Assembly (NCBI GenBank): GCA_964016885.1 | Contig: OZ024740.1 | Coordinates: forward strand, 442,246,001-442,310,000 | Length of the DNA stretch: 64,000 nucleotides | Source: Eledone cirrhosa | Taxonomy: Eukaryota | Direction of reading: 5' to 3' | Part shown: positions 53,744 through 64,000 of the stretch, one piece after another | How the letters are laid out: each line of letters opens with the position of its first letter | Position numbering within the stretch: position 1 is the stretch's first letter | Notes under the pieces: model-generated | What the model saw: the letters and a program-made list of their open reading frames with translations, nothing else | Database searches by the model: none | What the model was told of the DNA's origin: nothing | Position numbers and translations under genes: made by a program

Positions 53744-54146
53744 CAGGAGCAATGGAAAATTTTGTATTGTGGAGAGACTTTGTGAGGAATGTTCGAGTGC
53801 GGTTACAATGATGATGATGATGATGATGATGATGAGGATGATGTGGATGATGATGATAACGTTCCTAGTTTTGATGTTGTTTCTGAAAATTGAGTTGTAA
53901 TGGTCGTCTCTAATGATTGACCCTAACAATGAAAGGGAAGTGTTGAAGTTTTATTCGATGATGGCGATGATGTTGGTACTCAAAATATAAAGAGAACATC
54001 TGTATATTTTGGACATTGCAGAAAAATAAACTTTTTCTCAAATACACACACGAATAAACTTTAAATCAGCTCCCATGGTGTTAGAACACAAACTGTGTTT
54101 TAAATCATAATTCAATATGTTATTAATCTACTGAAAGTCCTTTTAG

Positions 54147-54184
54147 AGCCAACAAAACTATGAGAATTTTCAACAACAAGACAG
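54147..54184 (+). CDS. Candidate exon B (38 nt); reads ..ANKTMRIFNNKT..
   Basis: ccttttAG acceptor and cag|GTatta donor; the open frame is phase-compatible with exons A and C. Confidence 0.45.
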
Positions 54185-54191
54185 GTATTAT

Positions 54192-55590
54192 CCGGTGAAG
54201 TTGCTCGGGGTCTGGTTCGGACCAGACCTCCAGGTGGAGAAGAACTGGGGTGAGGTAACGAACAGGGTGTTTGCACTGACCCAGAAGTGGGCCGAGTGCA
54301 AACTGTCCCTGAAAGGTCGGGCGGAGGTGGCGAAAACTTATATAGCGTCCGTCATCTACTACCGCCTGACCGTTGTGCCTTGCCCAAGGGAAACGCTCGC
54401 CAAAATGGAGCGCGCACTCTTCCAATTCCTTTGGAAGAAGCGGGCTCCTATGGTGAGGAGATCCATCTGCTGTCAACACCCTTCGAAAGGAGGGCTGGGG
54501 ATGCCGTGGCTAATGATACGTAAACACGCATTAAGGCTACGGCACCTTCAGGTATTCCTCTCCGGTCAACCGGTGTGGGCCCCGTTTGTGAGGCGAGCCT
54601 TTCCAAGACTCGTCTCACTCACCGAGCTACAATCCTGGGTCAAGCAAAGACCGAGAAAACTGGGCGCCTGGCACACCGAGTGTGCCCAGGCGCTCACGGC
54701 TCTCTGGCAGGCGGACCCGGCTGTCAGTGGAGAATCCACCTCGTCATTCTATAGAGGGCTGGTGGTTAGCAGGTGCGACGACGCCCTCGGAGAAGCCCTA
54801 GGCATGGAGGAAGACGAACTGGCCAACCTGTTCGGTAGGACATTCAGCCCGGGACTTATGAATAACTTCCAGAGGTCCCTGGCCTGGCAATGCTACAGAA
54901 GGACTCTGCCCGTTCGAGAAAGGCTCTACAGACACGGGCACCCGGGTAGGGACCCATCGAAAAAGATCTGTCCCAGATGCGTGAGCGACGAGGAAACCGT
55001 TGCACACGCATTGCTACACTGCTCGGGCATTGCCGATCTGTGGGGCTATGTCGAACAACTGCTGTCAAGGGTGGGACCGATCCGGTTGACCACCGAGTCT
55101 ATTGTAACGATCAAGCCGCCTCCCCTCTTCAAAAACGAAGGAGAGGCGGTGTTTCTGTGCGTAATAGCCATGGCGAAAGAGGTTGTATGGTGGACGCGTC
55201 TGAAAGGACTGAGGTCAGACACCTTTCTCTCTGGCCAACAACTGGTCCGTTTCTTCCGATATCATTTCGGAAGAAGGATCAGGATGGAGAGAGAGGTGCT
55301 GCACCCCAGCCGTTTCTATGAAAGATGGGTGAAAGTGGCGAGAATGGCCCGTGTGAATGGGCCTTCACTCTACATCAGACTATAGGTGAGGAAGATGAAA
55401 GACCAAGGGAGCACCCCAAGGCGCCTCCTCTCTATTGAGGACTTTGTTCTAAATTTTATTTTTTGTTATATTTTATTTTATTTTTATATATTGATATTGC
55501 CTCCTCCTTATTGAGGACGCCTTGTTTTGTAAACTCCCCCCATTGTACTTGTCCCACTTTTGATGCCCTGGTGGCAAATAAAAGAAACAT
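54192..55590 (+). mobile_element. Tx1-like LINE, 5'-truncated, more diverged copy of the same family
   Basis: ORF 54195..55385 matches the ORF2 C-terminus. The 3' UTR has an internal deletion and ends aataaaagaaaca-tatc; the 5' flank also ends in tatc. Confidence 0.93.
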
Positions 55591-56401
55591 ATCTGATTCT
55601 TGGTGTTCTTCAGATAAATTTTTAATCTCTTGGCTGCATAAATTTACTTTGTTTCTTTTCGATAAAATTTGTGGTTGGTAAGTATTTAACAATTAACTTG
55701 GTGAGCCATATGTATGTTAAAAGACACCTGCTAATTCAAATAAAGAATTTGGCTGAGTTTCGAAAAAATTAATAATGTTATTTCTTAATGTTACCATTTT
55801 AAACCGATGTAAGACATCGGATCGATGTACCGATATATATCGATTACTTATGGCGGCCCCTAGAGAAACTCATGTTATAATATCAGTTCCCTGCTTTTAT
55901 ATTGATTTTTTCTTCTTCTCTCTTGATAGTCTCTCAAAACTTTTTTAGGCATACGTATATTTCGTAAATGAAATTATATGTTAGTGTTAAAAACAACTTC
56001 TAACTATTTCTTGATTTTTCCATTATATAAATTTTATTTTCACTTTAAAGAATTTACTTCTGCTTTATTTTAATGGAAAAATTAGTAAAAAGTTTTCAAA
56101 TTTAAAACATTTCGCATTAGAATAATGACGCCCTATATTTGGCAATTGACCAGAAATTTGGTGAATGATTCTATCAATTGTATCGATTCTATTGTATGAC
56201 AGGTAGGTTTTTTTTAATACCCAAAGCGATGAGAGGCAACAGCTACTATGACAGTATGTGTAATATAAACATTATAAAACATTTACTTTACTACATTACT
56301 TATTCCTCGTTCTTATTTCTGTAACAGTAAAGAACATATTACATATTAGTAATATTTGGTGTAAATTTCTCTCTGACTCACACACACACATACCCCCCCC
56401 C

Positions 56402-56467
<66 letters not shown>

Positions 56468-56622
56468 ATGTGGTTGCCGGCTGAATACTCAATACCGAAG
56501 TAAGGTTTTGAGAGTCTTGTTATTCTGGAGTTTTGCCAGTTTATCAGAGAGTTATCTGACGACTCTGTGATAAACAGGCAAAACTCCAGAGTAACAAGAC
56601 TCACTATTTACCCTTAATAAAA

Positions 56623-56689
<67 letters not shown>

Positions 56690-56765
56690 CGAAGGAAATG
56701 TGGTAAGGAACCAGGTGGACCATAACGCACCAAAGTACTCAATACTTGAGGTAGTAGAGTGGGTA

Positions 56766-58227
56766 ATAGGAATCAGTAAGACCCCGACAGCTGAGCTCAA
56801 GCCGTTTCGACGGCTAATTCTGGACTAAATGAAAATTTATCCTGGTATTTAAATAGCCGATCTTCTCAAGGGGTAATTCCATATATGGTCAAAGTGATTG
56901 TCAAAAATCAGTAGTAATTCTGTGGTTGCAAATTAGTAGGGGAGATGGTGGCTAAACCTGCCAGTAGGAGAAAGAGGGGAGGGGGTGGAGTAGACCCAAT
57001 CAAGCGTTGGTAGTGCCAGCTACAGCTGGGCATGAGGTCAAAGAAGATACAGGGGAGGGGGAGGGGGAGGAAGTCGGAACGGTAGGTAGAACAATGGGGG
57101 GTAGAAATAGGAAAGAAAAAATACTGAGAGTGAAGAAAAGCAAATAAGTGTAAAGAAAAAAGTAAAGTAAATTAAATTCTACGACCTAGGTGTCAGGCTA
57201 TTGTTAGGCGAGAATAAAATAAAGAAAGAAAGGAAGAAGTAAATAAATAAATAAATAAATAAATAAGGAAATAAGTAAGAGAACTAGGTGGGACGGATAA
57301 GGCAAGGACCCTTTTAAGAGGTATAAGTACGTAAATGATACGGTGACGGGTCAACAAAAGGGGCCAAAATACTAAAGAGACTACCACGAAATAAACAATA
57401 AAGGTTTCCATCCCGGGCCAGCAACGACCCAGTGCAGCAAAGTGAACTTGTACGAGATAATAATTCTGAGTCCCGAGAAAAATAATGCTAACTCTAAAAG
57501 ATCTAAAACAAGCTACATGAAAGTTCGTACGAAATAAAGGTAGAATACGGAGAAATAAATTCAGAATCCACCCCGCCCAGAAGAAAAGCGAAGCAAGAAA
57601 TACTGAAACGAAAAAATAAGGCATAAGTGCCACTAAGAAATATAGGGGGCACAGAGAATAGTGGGAGCGGTCGGAAAAAGGGGGAAAGTATCCGGGGTCT
57701 AAGCCAACTGCTATAAAGGGCGGAGTCCGCCAAATCTATCAAAGACTAGGGGAGGGGGGTACTTCCTTTCTTTCTTTATTTTATTCTCGCCTAACAATAG
57801 CCTGACACCTAGGTCGTAGAATTTAATTTACTTTACTTTTTTCTTTACACTTATTTGCTTTTCTTCACTCTCAGTATTTTTTCTTTCCTATTTCTACCCC
57901 CCATTGTTCTACCTACCGTTCCGACTTCCTCCCCCTCCCCCTCCCCTGTATCTTCTTTGACCTCATGCCCAGCTGTAGCTGGCACTACCAACGCTTGATT
58001 GGGTCTACTCCACCCCCTCCCCTCTTTCTCCTACTGGCAGGTTTAGCCACCATCTCCCCTACTAATTTGCAACCACAGAATTACTACTGATTTTTGACAA
58101 TCACTTTGACCATATATGGAATTACCCCTTGAGAAGATCGGCTATTTAAATACCAGGATAAATTTTCATTTAGTCCAGAATTAGCCGTCGAAACGGCTTG
58201 AGCTCAGCTGTCGGGGTCTTACTGGTT

Positions 58228-58232
<5 letters not shown>
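56766..58232. repeat. Near-perfect 471-bp inverted repeat (56766..57236 / 57762..58232) around a 525-bp spacer; PLE inverted pLTR-like
   Basis: The arms are reverse complements, with one mismatch noticed (aatcag/aaccag). The left side continues the dispersed family seen at 10826..10985. Confidence 0.9.
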
Positions 58233-58285
<53 letters not shown>

Positions 58286-58799
58286 ATTCGATTTTACTGA
58301 ATATATATATATATTTTTAATGCTTATTTTTAATGCTTATAATATTTCTCCACACACAGACTATATCAATCATATAAAGAATTTGCCACCAGATCTACCA
58401 ACCTAACACTCTTGTTTACCTACCTAAGTGCCTCTACCACACATATCTCTCTGCCACACTATATAAACAAGACGCACATGCGTGCCACACATATAACATT
58501 TGCACTATATAACCGCTTATCTTCATGTTGTATTTTAACCTGTATTTTGATTTTTGATTGTACCTCTTAATATAAATGTAATCTCGAAGTGTGTACTGCC
58601 ACTCTAAATTCTGTAATGAATGTTGACCCACAATGTTTGAATATGTATCAATGTTTGAATATGTATCGGTATGTCTCTCGGCTGAAAAGGAGGTCATATA
58701 ACTGTCCATGCATTAATAAATTGCTCCGAAGAATCCAAACCTCGGTTTGGAGGAAACAGCTGTAAGCACAATAATGTTTTGAACAGTTCTTTGATTCTT

Positions 58800-58876
<77 letters not shown>

Positions 58877-58935
58877 CGGCGATGAATTAGTTTTGCGAGG
58901 TTTTTTATATGAAATCGTGTGTCGAAACAAATATT

Positions 58936-59266
58936 GTTATACTTGGGGAGGGTCATATTTGTGTAATATTGCCAGAATTAATAACAGAACACACTCACTG
59001 TTTGGTTGGTTTTGGCTTCTCGCTTCTGTGTTTTTTATATCGGTAATCTAACTTACTCGGTCCTCAATGTTGCCATTGACTGACCGACGGTCAAAAATAA
59101 TACAGATACAATATAGACACAAACACATATATATAGTTTATCATAAATCTTTCGTTGCACATCTGCAACATCGTCAGTGGTGTTATATTTTCCTCCTGTT
59201 GTATTGTATGTCTACGCCATTTTTATTCAGTCTGTCCATATATTTATGACCCTCCCCAAGTATAAC
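58936..59266. mobile_element. 331-bp segment bounded by 22-bp perfect inverted repeats (MITE-like or PLE inversion junction)
   Basis: gttatacttggggagggtcata (58936-58957) and tatgaccctccccaagtataac (59245-59266). Confidence 0.55.
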
Positions 59267-59479
59267 TATATATATATATCTATATATATCAGAGATTAGA
59301 TTTTACTAAATATCCAATTATATATATATATATATATATATAAATGGAAAAAATGAAATTTCATTTCTCACTCTTAGCATACATACTTATATTAATATAT
59401 ATATATATGTGTGTGGATATGTGTGTGTGTATGTGTATGTTAGAGAAGTGTATATTACAATATTTAAGGTAAAGATAAA

Positions 59480-59549
<70 letters not shown>

Positions 59550-59568
59550 CGGATTAAAGTTTAAGCAA

Positions 59569-59625
59569 AGAATCGCTGCTTTCACCCTTAACGGGTTCTT
59601 CTGAGAGGGTGAAAGCAGCGATTCT
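59569..59625. other. Perfect 20-bp stem hairpin with a 17-nt loop
   Basis: agaatcgctgctttcaccct (59569-59588) and agggtgaaagcagcgattct (59606-59625). Confidence 0.85.
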
Positions 59626-59640
59626 ATGTTTAAATTTTAG

Positions 59641-59774
59641 TCTGTACATATAATAAATATTTGCGGGTTTTAGATGCACGAGCAGAAGGACGTATGTTTT
59701 TTCCTGTCGGTGGAATATCACAAAATCGAATTTCATCTGAAGATACCGTTCTCACAACAACAACAAATGCATGA
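59641..59774 (+). CDS. Candidate terminal coding exon C: ..CTYNKYLRVLDARAEGRMFFPVGGISQNRISSEDTVLTTTTNA*
   Basis: aattttAG acceptor at 59639-59640, 43 open codons in one frame, TGA at 59772-59774 and AATAAA 45 nt downstream. Confidence 0.5.
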
Positions 59775-59819
59775 ATTACATCTACACTGCATAGGAGAAC
59801 CGTTGAAATAATTACAATG

Positions 59820-59825
59820 AATAAA
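59820..59825 (+). terminator. Candidate polyadenylation signal AATAAA
   Basis: Follows the stop of candidate exon C; weak evidence on its own in AT-rich DNA. Confidence 0.3.
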
Positions 59826-59874
59826 CGATTTATGTAACATCAGCATCTTTATTAATGCTATTATATATATATAA

Positions 59875-60093
59875 GGGCGGTGGATTGGCAATATTGGTAG
59901 AGGGTCGGACGCTATGCTTTGCAGCATAGAGTTATGGCCTTTTACGTTGTGAGTTCAAATCCCGCCGAGGTTAACTTTGCCTTTTATCCTTACGGGGTCG
60001 GTAAAATAAAGTACCAGTCACGCACTGGGGTCAATTTAATCGACTCTCCCCTCCCCCAGGAATTGCTGGCCTTGTGCTTATATAAGAAATAAT
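59875..60093 (+). mobile_element. Full-length tRNA-derived SINE with Meta/MESC-like core
   Basis: A box TGGCAATATTGG, B box GAGTTCAAATCC, core TTTGCCTTTTATCCTTACGGGGTCGGTAAAATAAAGTACCAG and tail GCTGGCCTTGTGC. Confidence 0.88.
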
Positions 60094-60346
60094 ATAAAAC
60101 GAAAAATCAGTGATGCATCTGGACTCAGTTTATTGTGTGTTACAATTGTTTCGCCGGCAGATAGCTCGAGACACGATCATTGTATGGATCTGTCTGATTC
60201 TAGATCTGCAGGTTCTTCGGACACATGCAATACTTTCGGAACAAATTTTCTCACTTGGGTGTTAGCTTAAAAAAACATCTTCCTCTCTTGTCTTGCTATT
60301 GGCTGTTGTTTTTCTTCGTCATCATAAATTCTGGTCAATATTTGCT

Positions 60347-60436
<90 letters not shown>

Positions 60437-60447
60437 TACATACACAC

Positions 60448-60491
<44 letters not shown>

Positions 60492-61155
60492 GAAAAAGTA
60501 TAGAAATAATTGTAGCAAGAAGCCAACAGTATTCCATAATATATGTGACTATAGCGTCAAAATGGAAAAAATAGTTAACGTAAGATGTGGGAAAATAATT
60601 CAAACTCAATTCAAAAAGAATCAGCATATAGATTCATCCACAGAATTTGGTGAAATCCAGGGAAAAATCAATAGAGCCTTAACTCAGAATAAAATAAATT
60701 TAAAATACTCATCCTTCAATTTGGAAAAACTACAAATGCTCTGTATAGTCTTAAAAAATACTATTTCACGGAACTTTCAGTGGGGATGGTCACGGTTGGA
60801 ATCGATCATCAGCAGAGCTCAAGACACGATAACCAAAGTCCCACTGTTTATAATATGCCAAAAAGGGAATTTAAAAGCAGGCTAGTTCAACATCATGCGT
60901 AATTATGAAGATAAACGCACAGGGCTGGTGACGTCAGAATGAGACGAATGTCTGTTTACATGAAATAACAGTAAAAAAACATTCCGAAAAAAAACTCTAC
61001 ATATAAGGAGTTCAGCAAAAGCAATATTATCGCGGTTTAAAAAAAAAATAGACGGGGACTAGTCACAAATAATTTTAAGCACTCTAGGAAAGAAATATAT
61101 ATATATATATAATATATATATATAATTTTAAGCACTCTAGGAAAGAAATATATAT

Positions 61156-61258
<103 letters not shown>

Positions 61259-61424
61259 AAGGCATATATTGAGTTAGAAACTCAAAATAGTCTCTTACAA
61301 TAAATTAGCTCTAGGAAAGAGATTTTTCCGAGCCGTATAATATAACTGAACAAAAATATATACATATACGCACACTATCCAGTTTTTTAATATAATTAGA
61401 AGTGACCAGGATACTAATAATTCT

Positions 61425-61505
61425 TCACCCGCTGATGAGCAAGATTTTGGTATTCCCCTTCACAATTAATATTGCGAAACAGTATTATCAAAACTGTCCA
61501 GGTGA
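61425..61505 (+). ncRNA. Type I hammerhead ribozyme, copy 1
   Basis: tcacccg-CTGATGA(61432)-gcaa..ttgc-GAAA(61476)-cagt..actg-TC-caggtga; GUC triplet at 61496-61498. Confidence 0.8.
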
Positions 61506-61942
61506 TTGGTAGTTACCACAATTCCGGTTTGTATTTATTTTCTTGGCTTATTCTTAAATTGAGTCTGGCAAACCCTATTGTCTATAGTTAGTATTCTCTT
61601 CACCTTAGCGAATCTGGACCCTTACGATTTGAGCACATATATGTATATGTCTGTGTTTCCTTTTCTTTTTTGTTCAGTTATATTATACGGCTCGGAAAAA
61701 ATCTTTCCTAGAGCTAATTTATTGTAAGAGACTATTTTGAGTTTCTAACTCAATATATGCCTTTGATATATTCGGCTCCGTTAATTCGTCGAACTAATTC
61801 GAATGTCGAGTAAACCCGGCTGCTATTTTTAGTGGCGTGAGTGCGAGACACGCTAAGTTCTGATACCATGTGCGTTGTTATATATACGCACACTATCCAG
61901 TTTTTTAATATACTTAGAAGTGACCAGGAAACTAATAATTCT

Positions 61943-62023
61943 TCACCCGCTGATGAGCAAGAATTTGGTATTCCTCTTCACAATTAATATTGCGAAACAG
62001 TATTATCAAAACTGTCCAGGTGA
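61943..62023 (+). ncRNA. Type I hammerhead ribozyme, copy 2
   Basis: Same core and stems as copy 1, GUC at 62014-62016; differences are confined to the distal stem II/loop region. Confidence 0.8.
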
Positions 62024-62215
62024 TTGGTAGTTACCATAATTCTCGTTTGTACTTATTTTCTTGATTTATTCTTAAATTGAGTCTGGCAAACCCTATTGTC
62101 TATAGTTAGTATTCTCTTCACCTTAGCGAATCTGGACCCTTACGATTTGAACACGTATATGTATATGTCTGTGCTTTTCTTTCTTGTTCAATTATATATT
62201 ATATATCTATATCTA

Positions 62216-62255
<40 letters not shown>

Positions 62256-62301
62256 CCATATCGAGCCCGCTTCGGATTTTAGTCTTCATATTTATTATTA
62301 C

Positions 62302-62355
<54 letters not shown>

Positions 62356-63782
62356 CGTGTTTGTGTGTGTGTGCCTCTGCACGTTTTTGTGTGGTTGCTC
62401 GTGTAAGGTTGTAAGATGTAAATCTCTTTTCTAAACCTGAAATCTTAACGATGTTATATTAATAGGTTTTGAAGTTCTTAGATAACTGCGACCTCTGTAT
62501 TTCAAAATACATTTATTTATTCTAATTCCTGTCCAACTATTACCTCAAGATGGACGCCATCAATTTTTTTTTTTTATCCAGGAGTGTAAAATGTATTACT
62601 TGTGACGCTGTCTAAAATTTTGTTTGAAAGTTAATGACTTTCTTGAACAATTGAATAAAAGTTCTCCAACTGATAATATCAAGTTTGAAGCATTTATACG
62701 AAAAACTACTTAATTTCTCTGTTAGCAAATCACAGGAACCGTGGGATTGATATTCGAAACGAGTATTTTGATTTCTGACCGAATGGACTGACATTGCACG
62801 AACTCCAGTGACCCCGAATTAATCACTTTTATATAATCGATATAAAATATCTGTCCACGGCTATGATTACTTGAACTTGTCGCTCGGTTCAGTTTACGTA
62901 GCAGGTTACTTTAAATGTTGCATTACGTCTGAGTAAATATCTCTAAATAGAGAATTCTGTAACAAAAGCTGACGATTAAATGCCCGAGTGTGAGTGTAGT
63001 AGAGTGAACAGCGTAAAATATACGTCAGGTGGAGAGAAAACGTTGAAATGTAACTCGTATAATCTCAAATAACATATATGGACATCATATTACTATTAAC
63101 GAGAGATGATGACCTGGAACAGATGACGAAAAAGACGAAATATAAATAAAGATTAATTTTATATACTTTGACAAATCGGGACAAGTATAACATTATGGTG
63201 GAAGTTCGGCTTCAGACAGCAGTAAATTGTGTAAACTTATGCTGGCTCAGATATCATGCCTAAAAGGTTATGCCACTGATCGCATTGGGTTAGTCCCTTC
63301 AATTTCCCCAGTTGGGTTCGATGACCTTTTAGCTACAGTGTGTATCTTTATTGATGGATGGGGAAACGTTGCTTGATATCTCCCTTGGTCCCGCTGTGTT
63401 GATCCAATGACGTCAATGGATATATTCAGAGGGAATATGACATTCCAAAGCACCGCAATTATGAACCAAGAACGGTTAAAGTTTGACAGTAATAGCTGTT
63501 TTCATCATCCTGTATTTCGCTTAGAAAGACTTTGGCATAAATACATAATATAAAGTCATCTGTGACTGTCTAAATGTTAAATCTTTCCTAACAAATAAAG
63601 ATACAAACATTAGGAAAAATGCAATATGAAATTAGAAAACTTTTAACATGTTTACATAGAAAATTTCTATTAAAAAACTAAGGTAACTTAAACAATCGAT
63701 ATGCCATTTTGAAATATAGAACTGTATGATAAGGAAATACACTGATTGAGAAACACGTTCAGACTTGGTCTGCCGCCATTAG

Positions 63783-63860
63783 TTGGCAGTATCGGTAGAG
63801 GGCTGGACGCCATGCTTTGCAGCATAGTTACGTCCCTTTACGGTCTGAGTTCAAATCCCG
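63783..63860 (+). mobile_element. SINE 5' head fragment
   Basis: TTGGCAGTATCGGTAGAGGG...GAGTTCAAATCCCG matches the heads at 59875 and 12314. Confidence 0.8.
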
Positions 63861-64000
63861 TATATTATATTCTGCTGTTCGTTTCTTAAATTCAGTTAGA
63901 TAACATGAAAGGAGAAGATAATAGATTGTTTAATTCTTTCAAACTAGTTACAAATTCAAATTATAACAGCTCTCTTAAAATATTGTAAAATGCGGGTTCC

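Noticed and set aside
56510-56602. Fold-back with CTGACGA and ctc/gag-TA resembling a hammerhead
   Set aside because: GAAA is replaced by CAAAA and stems I and II are poor; at most a decayed motif.
59875-59970. tRNA gene (A and B boxes)
   Set aside because: The box spacing is long, there is no cloverleaf, and it continues into a SINE core present in several copies.
60490-60885. 131-aa ORF, and short ORFs at 62612..62794 and 63268..63453
   Set aside because: No recognisable domain or convincing splice context. They could be decayed TE or unrecognised exons and need a homology search.

Overview
AT-rich, microsatellite-dense eukaryotic DNA. It is probably from an octopod cephalopod, inferred only from a tRNA-derived SINE with a Meta/MESC-type core. 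The centre is a ~31.2 kb array (~1,113 copies) of a 28-bp satellite with higher-order structure, which produces the many spurious + strand ORFs. It is followed by a second 28-bp block and an 18 x 40-bp minisatellite. The flanks hold four copies of a Tx1-like (L1-group) non-LTR retrotransposon, all at (TATC)n/(GATA)n sites; one is near full length but inactivated. The flanks also hold three Penelope-like element (PLE) coding fragments, an RTE-like relic, four SINE copies and several long inverted repeats. Less obvious structure: (i) up to five hammerhead-ribozyme motifs, two of them canonical GUC hammerheads in a 518-bp tandem ORF-less retrozyme/pLTR-like unit; (ii) three small + strand exon candidates that splice in frame across the satellite, which begins inside a GTAAGT donor; (iii) a CSL/Su(H)-type TGTGGGAA motif in almost every satellite monomer; (iv) a PLE reverse transcriptase split into two oppositely oriented halves sharing exactly 10 bp; (v) a perfect 20-bp hairpin next to a splice acceptor. 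All calls are by eye, without database searches.
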